64,000 bases of DNA from Podospora anserina (Eukaryota). The notes under the pieces are model-generated. The model searched no databases. It was given only the letters and a program-made list of their open reading frames with translations, and was not told where the DNA came from. The stretch is from assembly GCA_017654855.1 (NCBI GenBank), contig CM030334.1, forward strand, positions 2,108,001 through 2,172,000, read 5' to 3'. The translations under genes and the position numbers were made by a program. Below, in pieces: positions 35,822-48,167 of this stretch. Position 1 is the first letter of the stretch, and the number at the start of each line of letters is the position of its first letter.

Positions 35822-38155
35822 CTAGTCGTGTTTTTGTTGGAATTTATGTAGCTTTGTGGTGTCCTTGACGATGTTTCGAGTTGGTTGAATGGAAAAACCA
35901 ATTTCTTTTGATTTGACAGTGGTGTTCCTGCTGAGTTCGACCACTTCTACTGTTGTTGTTGTGGTTGTTGTTGTTGTTGTTGTTGTCAGAGGTGGCTTAG
36001 TATCTGTGCTTTCGTCTTTTGACATCGGAGTTTGTGTCGAGGTCTCATTTGCAGCCTCATTCTTTGGAGGTGCAAATGTGAGTGATTTGAGGAGTTCATC
36101 GGGCTTCGTCAAGGGAATACGCTTGTGGAAATCGGACCATGATCCATTGCCGGAGTTCTTGAAGGCGAGGCAATGGAGGTGCAGTGTCTCATTGGTTATC
36201 CACTCCAGATCTTTGCGGTGTGATGCATTCTTCTTGACTCTCTGGTCGAAGCAGCTCTGCAGAGGTTCGAGAATTAATGACAGAATAATGATGATAGCGC
36301 CTAGAGCCAATGCGAGGGATAGTCCGAATGTACTAAAAAAGGTATGTTGCCGGCTTTGTATCTTTTGCAGTCGACTAGTCAGCGCATCAAATGCCACCAG
36401 CAAGAGAGAATGGTGAACCTTGCCCGGCTATAGCACATGTCCCGCTGATAAGAGCTGTTCGGCAAGACACGATACGAATGAAGAACAAAGTCTTTCGGCC
36501 CAGTGACTGCTTCCACCACCGCAAGCTGCAGCTCAAAATGACCATATATTTGTGACGTCTGTTTTCCATTGATGGTCGTGTATCAAGGGTATCAATCCGG
36601 AACGCAGAGTCCGGTAAGAGAGCAGACGATCCACGCCTGCAAAAACGACCGTTTCGAACGGGGGTAGGCAATCAAAGTGCTCTCGATGATATCAAGACGC
36701 CACTCGAAAAGGCTCATTATATCGGCAGAAGATTCAACCTCATCTTCGAGTTGAAACGCGCCGGCTCTCACATCGAGCCAGCTACCAAGCTGCCCACAAC
36801 GGCCGTTTGGAGGGGGGGAGCCTCAGCAAATCTGATACTGCTGGGCACAAGCCAAGGGCGACGCGGCTTCCCGGAGTTTGTAGAGCTGTATTGTGGTACT
36901 GGTGCCCCTGTGGTCAGTGCCACGTACGACCGACTCAGGGAGATCCGCCTGGTACCATTTATCTTGATAAAGCCCGAGACTGTCGGCGCCGTTACCGACA
37001 AGCAAAATGATGGAAACATCGGCATCAGCGCGTTGTAAAGCTGGGATGGGATAAAAGTCGGAGATCTTTGACACAGTGATTCCGTTCCTATTGATAGCGC
37101 CCATCACACTGTGTTTAACATGTATCAGTTATGTCCATGGTTTCCACAGAGGTTGCAGCTCACATAAGACTTGGAGGAGACCCAATCCCGTGCTCCCAGT
37201 CGCCTAGCTGAAGATTCTAGAATGTCACGCTCGGAACCTTCAAAGTATAATTCATCTCGCTGTTTGGATCTACGGGCGAATCACGTGGAAGATATGTCAA
37301 ACCGTAGTAATACGCTGGGAAGTTCTCTTGAATATTGGTTTTGTATCCTTCGGTCCGAAGTGGCGCACAATGGGCAACAGTCCGGGACAGCAGTCGGTTC
37401 TTTTCTGGCGAGTTAATGCCGAGATGATCGTGACTGTCGATATAACCGGTATCGAGAATTATGTTTGATGACTCATTTCGACATATCCCATCACTGAAAG
37501 GACACGGCGCAATTGGTGTCTTGCGATAGGGCTAGCCGTGGAACGACAAACGGGTTGCAGGGTGAGCCAGCACTGCATCCTCCATAGTTACTGAAATTAT
37601 AGCAATCTTGAGCATAATTCGTGGCGGTGTTGGCCTTTCTTACACTCGCATCCACTGCTGCACTGAAACTGCCGGGAGTGGATTCTCTCAACCTGAAAAG
37701 GGAACAATTTGAACCATCAAGTAAAACCTCGTGGCTGCTCGATGTTGCAAGGTTAGAAGAGAAGCCACTTGCGAGGGCGCGTCCGAAAGCACAGATAAAA
37801 GCAGAGAAGAAAGCCGGAAGCACCCTTATGATGGAATGTTTTGCTCTGTCGCACCGGACGAAAGCCAGCTGACCGAGTGTCCAAAGACCACTCGCTGGGG
37901 AGGCCGAGTTTCGCAAGGTGACTTGGCATTGGTGGTGAAGAGCATCGTGAGGTGAAACATCAGAGTAGTATCGATGGAACAAGATGCGCCAGAAGCGAGA
38001 AGATATAATGGTGACAAAAAAGGCTGTGAATGCTATTACGAGATTGCCGTGCTCTCTGGTCAGCGTGAGTGTTGCTCCCGATACCGGGCCATGAGACTAT
38101 TAATCCAAGATCCTAGGCCAACGCAGTAATTGTCGGCTACCCCGAGACTTTGCAT
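35822..38155 (-). pseudogene. Disrupted gene of a fungal membrane-protein family of unknown function
   Basis: Family-like N-terminus MQSLG...GSWIN/SHGPVSGATLTLTREHGNLVIAFTAFF with a frameshift after WIN. Then HDALHHQCQVTLRNS...ATNYAQDCY and the C-terminal FSTFGL...LEWITNETLHL, spread over several broken ORFs. Confidence 0.75.
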
Positions 38156-39121
38156 GGCTGTTCTAGTGGTTTGCTAGAACGATAAGGACCGTACTGGGTA
38201 TGGGACTGGTGTAGGAAACAGTTACTCGGTAGTTGGCCCTAGTTGTAAGCTTTGTTGCGAGCATTATAAAGCATATTCTGACTGACAGGTTGTTGGATGA
38301 GGGGACGAACGTCAACAGAGGTAAGGATCAACCCGCACCTCGTGTCGAATAGCGTTGATGGGGGCAGGCCGGGGTATATGTAGCCCTATGGAATGTAGGA
38401 AGTCAAGGCACGATGTCTTAACGCGGGATGGTTCGGATTTGACTCCGAGGCTGAGGGCAGAGGAAAATGTGTTAATTGCCTGGAGAGTTCCGCGTCTTGT
38501 CCATTTATCTCTCAGTGTCAGACACCTGATATGTGCCGGATGCCAATCCTTAACTGTCACCCCGTCATCATCACGTGTCTCCCGGGTAATCAGCCCCGGT
38601 TTCTTCGATGACTGGCCGTCGAACTTCTGGGAGTACGCTTACCATTGCACATTGGTCAAGTGGTTGTGCAATGATCATCGGGGTTCTGGACATCACAGAT
38701 TCGAAACCTGCCCGAAGTAAACCCTTTGCACCCCCGATTTCCGTAGCTGGTCACTCTCCTTCTTCCAAAAGTATAAGGCTGGCCAGTGAGCTTTTTAGTC
38801 AATCAGACTGGCCAATCCTCTCTTTTTATCTCTCTGTGAAGAAGAGTACAAAACAGAAGAATCACCAATTACCGGCATCAATTATGCTGCCAAGTCAACA
38901 CCTGTAAACCCAGCCACGTTGTGAACAAATCAATGAAGACTGCAACGTCGAATTCCAGACCTTGGAAGATAGTTGAGAGGCGTATTAAATATCCTTTAAA
39001 CCCTAAGGGTTTGGTCACAGTCTCTACATAGCGTGCCAGTTCCCGCGCCTATCTCACACCATCACCACCCCATTAAAATCCAGTCCTCTCACCTTCGCAC
39101 CGTCTATCTCCATACCCCTCC

Positions 39122-39835
39122 TTAATGCTTCTTGTCCTCCTTCTCCTCCGCCCTCCTCACCAAGATATCAAATCTCTTAAATGCCATCCCACCCTCAATG
39201 AAGCAACTCCCCATCCACAACCACCAAACCCCACTACCCCTTTCCACACCAAATTTGCTCAGTCTACTCCTCTCCAACCAAGCCGCCTCGGAGATATGAA
39301 TCGCAATCACCGGCCAAAAAATCGTCTTTGTCAACCACATCCATCCTTGATGGCCCCCAAACGGCCAAAACGCATCCAGAATCCACTCCCGCCCGTCCAG
39401 CACCCCCAACTTCACAGTTGCCACAAAGTTAAAATAATAAAACAGCACCGCCAGGAAGATGACCCAGTCGAATGGTCGGGGAGGCATATACTCCCTCACC
39501 ACAACCCCCTTCTCGTCCTTGCCGTCCTCTTCCGCGGGGGCCTCGAGACCAAGACCGACCCTGGCTTGGTGGGTCATGTCGACAAGCTTGACGCGGCGTT
39601 CAGCCCAGTTGGCGAGTTCAGGCTCGAACTTGATGTAGTGCGTCCTTCCAGTGTGAGGTGTCTTCACAGTCATGAACTGGAGGTTGATGTCCACCATTTC
39701 CGGGTCGCGGGCCTCATAGTCGTTGAGATTGTTGAAGTGCTGGAGGATGTGCTGGAGGTCGAGGCGGTGGTCGTTGTTCATGTGGGAGATGGTGCGGACT
39801 TTTTGGGAGACGGGAATAAGCTCTTCGTCGGCCAT
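39122..39835 (-). CDS. DUF2470-like domain plus TMEM254-like membrane region
   Basis: RTISHMNNDH...IKFEPEL...RVKLVDMTHQAR, followed by TM segments and IHISEA...WLWMGSCFIEG. ATG context AAAATGG. Confidence 0.85.
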   Translation of the reverse strand: MADEELIPVSQKVRTISHMNNDHRLDLQHILQHFNNLNDYEARDPEMVDINLQFMTVKTPHTGRTHYIKFEPELANWAERRVKLVDMTHQARVGLGLEAPAEEDGKDEKGVVVREYMPPRPFDWVIFLAVLFYYFNFVATVKLGVLDGREWILDAFWPFGGHQGWMWLTKTIFWPVIAIHISEAAWLERSRLSKFGVERGSGVWWLWMGSCFIEGGMAFKRFDILVRRAEEKEDKKH

Positions 39836-40669
39836 TTTGGCGTTTTGCTTCTTGCCCAACTCAAATCTAAAATTGGTAGAGGTGGGTGTGAATCTCAGGG
39901 AGACAGAGGGCGGAAATGACAGACCGACGTTGAGTTTGAGATGGGCTGCCAAGGCGGGTTGAGCCGAGTGGTGGGGCATTGGGGACGCAGGGAAGTTCGT
40001 CTGATAAGATAACCCCGCCATCACCACCCCATCGTCGTTCCTTCCCCCAGTTGATATGTGCACCTTCCCACACTCAATCCTTGCTCCTTCCCAACAAGCA
40101 GAATCACGGTATATATATTAGGTCGACCATGTACCTTCCAACAGCAGCTCCGAAATCTTGATCAGGGCGCCACTTGTTGGTCAGGACAAATGGTCAAGGT
40201 GGAGGAGCTGCTGTTGGCCCCCGCCGGGGGCTTGCAACCGATAGCCCCCGAGTTCGATCCGAAGCAAAACCATCCGGTTTTCGCAGCCAGCCACCTCCCT
40301 CAGACAGCTGAGGGGGTTGGCCGGTGAGCTTTTTGACCTTTTTCTCTCTCCCGCCATTCGACAGCCTCTATGTAATCTTGGACTACTCGACCAGCTCAGT
40401 TATTTTGATGTTGCCCTTCGACTTTTGAAGTAGTGGGATGCTCTTCATAATTTGTTATTATTACAATTAGATCGCCTTTCCCAAAATACACACCCGGCAA
40501 TTAGCACATACAAACGAAATCGTACGTGTTCAACGCAGCGTGGTATCTTCCTCATTCTATTCAAGCCAAGCCAGACAAGCCATATATTCCCAACCAAAAC
40601 GAATCTTTATACATCGCGACTCAACTCGAAAACCATCTTAAAACCTCATATAATACACACCACTCAATC

Positions 40670-42820
40670 CTAGCCCCTCTCCGACCCTGACCGTTTCTTG
40701 CTCTGCCCACCCAACATACTATCCTCCTCCTCCTCATAGCCCCCACTCCCACTCCCATTCCTACTACCATTCCCACTTTCATTCATACTCCCCCTCCACC
40801 AAACGCCACCAACACTCCCACTCCCACTCCCACTCCCACTCCCGCTCCCACTCCCTTGCCAGTCCCAACTCTCCCATCCTCCACTCGTACTCTCCTCCCA
40901 ACTATAAGTCAACATACTATTCCCCGCCCCCTCTGAATCATAACTCCAGTTATTCGACAACCTACTCCCCTGACTCTCCTGCGACCTCGGTCCAATCCCC
41001 TGCCAATTACTACCACTATACGTCAAAACCTCATCAATACTCGGCATATGACTCAATCTCTGCCCCCCTACTCCCCCAGCCCCCGCCAAAACAGCCTTAT
41101 TCATAAACGGCCACCCTAGGTCACTAATATCCACCCCCTGCTCAAAGTCACTTTCGCTTCCAACAACAGTACTATTCCCAACACTAACATCACTCCACGG
41201 CCTCCTCAACCCCTCCTCTTGCAACCCCCCGTTGCCCTTCGCCATCACATCCTCCAGTTCAGCTTTACCCCCATCCAAAACCTCCAATCCCCTGCCCCTT
41301 TCCACATCATCCCCTCTCCCTTTCTCAGTATCCTCCTCCCCAACCCTAATAGAACTAATCCTACTCACGCTACTAATCCTCTTCAGATGAGGCGGCATAG
41401 TATGCCGGCTCGCCACAACAGTAGTCGTGTTCCCAAAACTAGACGTGGTCCCTCTCGACGCCATGTCCCTCGACCAACCACCACCACCACCACCACCCAA
41501 CAACCCGCCGCCGCCCCCCCTGCCCCTCCTACCCAGCAGCACCCTAATCGCAGGAAGAGAAGTAACAATAATGCTAACCCCCACCTCCAACCCAGTCCAG
41601 ATCAACGCATTCGTATAATCCCACGTCGGATTAACACTATCCCCAAAATCATACAAAGCCCACAACCTCACACAGCTCGTAATAAGCGCAAAAATCCCAA
41701 GCGAGAACATGACGATGATGCAGATTTTGGACCGGACATTCACATTTAGTTTGATCAACAGCGGAAGCGGCATGACAAGGATGACAATGTCCTGCGCGAT
41801 GCTGAACGCGGCGGTGGTGTACCCCAGCGCGTTGATGTCGAGGCAGGAAAAGGGGCCGAATTCACCTTTTCGCCAGCCTTCCCAGATGAAGGAGATGGGG
41901 GCGCACTGGAAGATTTGACAGAAAACAAAGATCAGGCCCGAGAGGCCAACCCAGGTCATGACGACGAGGGTGATGGTGCGGAAGTGGGGTTGGGGGAAGA
42001 TGCGGAGGTAGAAGCAGAGGATGGAGATTTTGGTGAGGGCTAGGATGACGAGGTAGAAGGTTTCGGCCATGTAGAAGAGCTGTTTTCCCTCACGGTGTCA
42101 GCTTGATGTGGGGTCGTGGGATTGAAAGGAGATAACATACCTTGAGGGCGGTGCCGAGGGCGTTGGCGTCGACGGTCCAGATGTCCACTCCGAAGGCGGC
42201 GCCGGCGGCGGTGCAGCCTACGGCTTCGAAGCCGATGTAGAGTCCCTTTTTGTTTTGTCAGTCATGAGGGAATGGACAACGAAACGGAGGGGGGGATGTT
42301 TACCACAACAATCATCATAACCCAATCGTCCACCTCGAATTTCCCGCCCATCCACCACCGTGAGTACAACCGGAGCAAAACACACACCAAAGCCAGTATC
42401 TCAACCGACAGCGGCACCAGCAGGTGTATCTTTCGGGATCGTTGAGGCTTCCCGCAGGCTTCCCAGGCGCCGCGGGCAGTCTCTTGTTGTTGTTGTCGTT
42501 GTCAGTGCGAGCACGAGCGAGCAGCGAGGTATCAGCCGAGCCAAGTAGACCATCAGCCGAGCCAAACAAAAGAAGCCAAAGTGAACAAAACACTAGAAAG
42601 GGGAAGAAAACTAACCAATACCCTCCTCCATCGTACACCGCCTCCTTACACACCCCAACACCCTCGTATAATGACCCTCATCATCCGAGCACAAGCACAC
42701 CTGATCCTCCTCCCCCATCCCTCTCTTCCCATCCAGACACTCTTTCGTCACATTGGTAAGCTCCACCACACAACCCAGCGCGCACAAGGGTATGTTCTCG
42801 CTCAGCTGAGCGATCAGGTC

Positions 42821-42877
<57 letters not shown>

Positions 42878-43156
42878 GTTGGGTGGTGATAAGTCTTGGG
42901 GTTGTTGTCCAGAGACAACAATATCTGTCTGTGAGAGGAAGCTCGATGGTGGAAGGGGCCGGGGTGGTGCTGATATTGGGAGGAGTTGATGGAGTAATGC
43001 TCGTGGTAGGGACTGCGGCCGGGGTTGGTGTTGAGGGAAAAAAGAATGTGGGAGAAACTGGGGGGTTGCTTCGCTGGGGGCCGGGAGGATAAGAAACGTT
43101 AGTAATAGAAAAGAGGAGGGTATTGAAAGCAAGGGAGAGGTTGGTAGTGGTTTCAT
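40670..43156 (-). CDS. CFEM-domain Pth11-like G-protein-coupled receptor
   Basis: Signal peptide, poly-Thr tract, CFEM cysteines (IPLCALGC...C...CLC...GCVRRRC). Seven-TM region with FGVDIW, LTKISILCFYLRIF, FQCAPI, QDIVILVMPLP and WTGLEVGVSII, and a long G/S-rich tail. At least three introns. Confidence 0.9.
42821..42877. repeat. (TGT/ACA)n microsatellite encoding poly-Thr in the CFEM receptor
   Basis: About 19 perfect trinucleotide units, read directly. Confidence 0.95.
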
Positions 43157-43236
43157 CTTGGATACCTAGGTAGGTATGTCCAGTCATTAGCCTTTACATG
43201 AAAAGGTTGAAGAACTTGGCCAAGAGAAAAAGACAG

Positions 43237-43289
43237 ACAGCACGACGGCGAAAAAAAGACATGACAGCATGACGGCGAAACAAAGACAT

Positions 43290-43369
<80 letters not shown>
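43237..43369. repeat. Two imperfect 27-bp direct repeats followed by an (AG)n microsatellite of about 77 bp
   Basis: ACAGCACGACGGCGAAAAAAAGACATG and ACAGCATGACGGCGAAACAAAGACATG, then AG repeats 43293-43369, just upstream of the CFEM gene start. Confidence 0.92.
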
Positions 43370-43374
<5 letters not shown>

Positions 43375-44220
43375 CTAGATTTGCCCAGCTGGGCACACAC
43401 ACCTCCAAAGTCATTCCCCATTACTAAGACACATCTATCGATGACTTAAGGGGCGGTCGAGTTACCCCTTAGTGTGACCTGTCCGGTCGTTTTCAAGGCC
43501 AAATTGCAGTCTGACAAGTGTTAGTTGAGCACATTGGTGTTTTTGTTGACGTTGGGCTCTTCCGCGGAGGGTGAGCTGATATCAACACACTGGTGCAAGC
43601 TTGATCCATGATAAGATGATGGGTGAGAGAGGTCATCATCATCTTTGCCGTCCGACGATGCAAAGCATCCACAAGAAGAATTTGGGGGATGAAGACACGA
43701 GGTCAGTGTGTAAGTCTAAGTCAACCTCCCCCGTTGTCAGTGGAGTCCCCTAAACATCACCGCTCAAAAACGACATTCCTCAGCGAGTCATGCATCCCGT
43801 CCACACAGCCCCTTCCTTCCCTTTTCGGCAAGACGGTCCCTTCACCAAGCCCTCTGAATGGACAGACGCCCTCTCCACGCCAAGAAACCACCTCAATGCA
43901 ACCACAAGAAACCGTCAGCGACTTAGATGCAGCCAAAGCATGGTGATGGTGTCATGTTAGCATCTTCTGTAGATTACCACTCCATAACAACTTTGTTTCC
44001 ATACTATATCTCCGTCAATGTACAACAAACACCATGCATATAAAACCCTCACCTACATGCTACTTTTCGAATGAAACAAAACAACGCTTTTAGTCCATCA
44101 ACTCGCACGCATATGCCGCCAAAAGATCCCACAATACAAAAGACAAGACATTCCCAATCCATTTTTTTTGTGGTATACCATTCCCAATCTCCCCAGTCCT
44201 CATCCCTCCCACATTAGACA

Positions 44221-46941
44221 TTACGACCCCATCATCGCATCCCAATCCCAGGTCACCGTCCCACCGCCCCAAAGTTCATTGACACTATACCCGAGCTGTT
44301 CAAAGTTGACCGGGATCTCCCCCAGCGTGTCCGTGTTGGGGACCCACCAAGGATTTACTGGCATCTCCATACCGTTGTTGTTGCTTCCTGTCGCAATTCC
44401 ATGCGGGTTCGGTTGCGGCTGTGGTTGTTGTTGAAAAGGAGTCATCCCCTGCGGAAACGAGCCATTCGTCAGCCCCCGATCTCGCACGTTCCGGACATCC
44501 CGACCGAATCCCTGAATATGAGAAGTGGTATCCGACGGTGATGAAAATGAGGCACAGACCTTGTCTCTGGAAAAAGGGTCAAATGGTGCTGATGGGCCGC
44601 CTCCGGGAGGTGCAGAGAACGGTCCATTATTGACCCTTCTGTGGCCTTGCGATGGCCCGTGTGTAACCGGTCCGCCACGTCCTGGCGTTGCCCCTACTAA
44701 CGACGGACCAGGTTGAGAGCCCGTCGGCTGGCTCGAAACAGGCGGATCCTGTCCGGCCATCACTTTGTAGTGTAACGTCACGAACCTGTCCGCACTGGCT
44801 GCCTTTGCTTCCTGTGAGGTTTTGATCCCTAGGTGAGCCTCCAAAAGCCCAAAGGCAGCACACATAATGCTGTATCCCCAGGGCTCATTGTTCCCGCACC
44901 TCAAGATCCGGTCCTCCTTCATGGCCAGGCACTTCTCCAGGGCCTCCACCGTGTGCTTGCTGTTGATCATGATCATATTAGTTGACCCGCGTGGTTGAAG
45001 CATGGTGACACTGCAGAGATTGATCGCCAGTGTTAGACTGTCCTCACGGAGAAAGTTGAGTGTGCGAATGCCCTGCTGGAAAAGTTGGTCGTTGAGGAGA
45101 ACCATATCCCTGGCGGCATTGTAGTAGATAATCTCCGAGTATTGGTACTTGGAGTTTTGTTTGCGAAGACGAAGGAAGGGCTGGTGCAGAGGTATGATGT
45201 ATTGGCGAAGCTGGATGTGCAAAAGTGTATAGGCAAGCAAAGGCTTCTTCTGAGTTTGCTGTTCGTCCGTATCCTCATTGTCTGCATCGCTTACATCCCA
45301 TGACGGGAGGGCATCAATCTCGCGGTTGATCTCATCGGTGTAGCGAACGACACGCGCATAGTCGAGATCTTCGGGAGGGCCGGTGAGCACCCGGCTCAGC
45401 TCCAGGCGAAGCGGCAAGCTCTGGCGACTGAGATGCTGATAGGAAGAGTACGTGTATGTAGTTGGAGGCTTTGAGGGAGGGAGCTCTTTCGTGTCCTCGT
45501 CAAACTCGTCGTCGTCGATGTTATGCGGCGGATTGACATCGTAGTGTAGAGTGCTCAAGATTGACGGCAGGCCGTGGTCAAAGGATGCTTGAAGATCGTA
45601 GCTCTGAATAGTCGCCCAGATTCTCCTCCGCATCTCCTGCTGGAAAGGGGTGATCTTGTCACTCCTCATGTGGCTGGGTTCCCGGTGCAAGCCGACAGAG
45701 ATGGCGTCCTGTGTCATTGCGCCCGCATTTTTCCAATATCTCTTCTTCTTCATTGTGTTGACTCTCTTGGCAAGATAGATGAGGCAGGCGATCTGATAGT
45801 GAATCAGGCGGCGATGCTTTTGGCTCTGAACTTCCTGCCAACGTTCAACAGCTTCGATCCATTTGATGGCATTGGCGTAAGAGATCGACACCATCTTTTC
45901 GAACTTGTGCGGTAGCTTAGCAGCCAAACAGCTGGCAATGCCCATGATGGACAAGATCAAAGCCGTGAAGGCTGCATTACGAGTCTCGTTAGGGTCCCAG
46001 AACTTGGCATAGTCCCTGCGGAAGCTGGGGATGTGGAGGATTCGGTGAATCTGCTCGAACTGGTCCAAGTAAATAGATACCATGTGATCAGCTTCCTCCT
46101 TGGAGGGAAGGAGAGCTTCCAGCGCAAGATCTGGTTCACGGAACTTCCTGTCTCGGTCCTCGGCCCTCTTGTGGCGGTCCTTGTTCCGGCTGATCCGGTG
46201 TGGTCGAAGCCACTCCTCGGAGGTTTCTTTCATGAAAGGACACAGTCCAGTCAACTTCTCGTCGTTAGCCAACGCATTCCGAGCCAATGGAGAGGAAGAA
46301 AGTAAAAGACCGTCACATACTTCTTGGAAGGCCAGGAACGCGCTGTGGGGGCCAAAGTATCGCGTTTTGAACTCCTTGCCCCTGAAGAAGCGTAGCTCTT
46401 CTTTGTCGGCCGTTGTTGTCTGGACCCGCAGGAACTGTGGCAGCTCAGGTTCTTCCTTGTCTCTTTCGTCATCTTCGTGATGCTTCGGCTCAGGGGGTGA
46501 GTGGTCCTGAAGCGTACTGCCGTCGACAAAAGCGCCGCCCTGTTTATTGGTGAGGAGGTTCCTCAGCTGGGCAACCTCCATCTCCAACCGACGGATCCTG
46601 TCAAGATCTCGGCCATCCTTGCGAAAGTAGGGCGACTCTCCTCCGGTACTTGGCAACGACAGTCGAGAGTCCAGACCCGTCAAGGCACCCTGGGAGAGGC
46701 CGAGCTTGTTCGGAGGTGCCAGGCCGGGCCGGGTCTCATACTCGCACTTGTCTGATGTACCGGACTGAAGACAGCGGGAGCATGGAAACTCCCGGTCACA
46801 GGACAACTTTCTTCGACGGCACTCGAGGCAGGAGAGCCGGACTCTCTGGCGTTTACGGGGCGGAGCGCGATCATCACCATCCTCGTGGGCCTCGGTTCCG
46901 CCGGGGCTAACGCTTTGTTCACTCGGATCCGACCGGGGCAT
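44221..46941 (-). CDS. Zn(II)2Cys6 transcription factor with fungal-specific TF domain
   Basis: SCLECRRRKLSCDREFPCSRC...C, and the middle homology region GLHREP...EMRRRIWATI...D. Probable in-frame introns 46255-46320 and 44449-44559. Confidence 0.95.
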   Translation of the reverse strand: MPRSDPSEQSVSPGGTEAHEDGDDRAPPRKRQRVRLSCLECRRRKLSCDREFPCSRCLQSGTSDKCEYETRPGLAPPNKLGLSQGALTGLDSRLSLPSTGGESPYFRKDGRDLDRIRRLEMEVAQLRNLLTNKQGGAFVDGSTLQDHSPPEPKHHEDDERDKEEPELPQFLRVQTTTADKEELRFFRGKEFKTRYFGPHSAFLAFQEVCDGLLLSSSPLARNALANDEKLTGLCPFMKETSEEWLRPHRISRNKDRHKRAEDRDRKFREPDLALEALLPSKEEADHMVSIYLDQFEQIHRILHIPSFRRDYAKFWDPNETRNAAFTALILSIMGIASCLAAKLPHKFEKMVSISYANAIKWIEAVERWQEVQSQKHRRLIHYQIACLIYLAKRVNTMKKKRYWKNAGAMTQDAISVGLHREPSHMRSDKITPFQQEMRRRIWATIQSYDLQASFDHGLPSILSTLHYDVNPPHNIDDDEFDEDTKELPPSKPPTTYTYSSYQHLSRQSLPLRLELSRVLTGPPEDLDYARVVRYTDEINREIDALPSWDVSDADNEDTDEQQTQKKPLLAYTLLHIQLRQYIIPLHQPFLRLRKQNSKYQYSEIIYYNAARDMVLLNDQLFQQGIRTLNFLREDSLTLAINLCSVTMLQPRGSTNMIMINSKHTVEALEKCLAMKEDRILRCGNNEPWGYSIMCAAFGLLEAHLGIKTSQEAKAASADRFVTLHYKVMAGQDPPVSSQPTGSQPGPSLVGATPGRGGPVTHGPSQGHRRVNNGPFSAPPGGGPSAPFDPFSRDKVCASFSSPSDTTSHIQGFGRDVRNVRDRGLTNGSFPQGMTPFQQQPQPQPNPHGIATGSNNNGMEMPVNPWWVPNTDTLGEIPVNFEQLGYSVNELWGGGTVTWDWDAMMGS

Positions 46942-48167
46942 GGTGTTTCTCCCGGAGACGGAGGGGGCTATCGGCCGAAGGGAAGGTTCCAAACAAACAA
47001 ACAAAACAGACCCAGCCGCCACTGACGCTCGGCGCCGTTTTCCCTATCTAAGTTGCAGGCGATAAACAAGGAAGTGGGCTCGAGCATGCGAAACAGAGAC
47101 AGCAACAAAACGGGCCAGTCGGCGATAAACGCTTTATCAATCAAATCTGATAAGAGAAACCTGTACTGTATGTAAGGTGAGAAAAGCAGCAAGCGAACAC
47201 GACTGCCAAAACGAAACCTGCAGCAGTATAAATTTTCCCTCTCTCTCTCTCTCGCAAAACCAATGACTAATAACAAGGGCTTTGCTGGTTCAGTCGAAAC
47301 GACAGGCGATGCTCAGAGAACAAGCAAAACAAATATCAAGTTAAAGATCTCGACGTCCACAGCCATTGAACGGGGGACTCGTCAGCTCCTTCCTCTTCTG
47401 ACTGTAGAGTTGGTGTGATGTGGTCGTGGTCGTTGGTGATGCGTGTTGAGGAATAAGATTCTCGGAGATCCGACACTTTTCGCCGAGGCTGCCCCTCTTT
47501 CTGCCAGCTTCACCTGTTCATCCGATGATTGGCCGACTGAAGCAGAGAGGACTGTGCTTACATAAGGTCAGGATATTCTGTCAATGAGCAGGGAAGTCAT
47601 CCTCCTGGACCTTGGGTATGAAGAAAGATGGGATGATGACCTCGGAGGAAACATTGCAGCTTTGCAGTGAGTTTCTCTGACCATGTGGAAAGGTCGAAGT
47701 CTATGGATTTAAACCAGACTTTTCCAATTGCCTAACGAACCTTCATGTGACAACGGAACAAGACATTGTTCCGAAACTCTGAGGGTTAGGGGTGGATATG
47801 GACACTCAACAAAGCAACCACGACGATGAAGACGGAACTATTCATTGTGAGCAAGCCGCACACAAAGAACATTCGTTCTATTGGAGAACCAGACTTTGAA
47901 TCAGACCCCGATCAATCCGTCCCCATTGTCCCAGAACCACGGGACGGGGCTGGCCGACCAGCGACATATTCGCAGCTTAGTAGAGGCTTGGCAATGGTGT
48001 GGTGGGACAAAGACAGAGCTTAGGTCTGAAAGGCCACCGACGCCACCAAACGGTCTGGCCTGGCTCGGCGCACTAGACACGGTGCAACATCGACATTCGG
48101 GTTTTTGGGATCGCAAATTCCAGTCGGGTTTGGGCACCTTCGAGAGACGCGATGGCGGTATGATAAC

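Noticed and set aside
38990-39015. AAACCCTAAGGGTTT telomere-like palindrome
   Set aside because: A single short unit with no repeat array or telomerase-RNA context.
40200-40270. GTTCGATCC B-box-like motif with a GC hairpin
   Set aside because: No tRNA cloverleaf or acceptor stem could be built.
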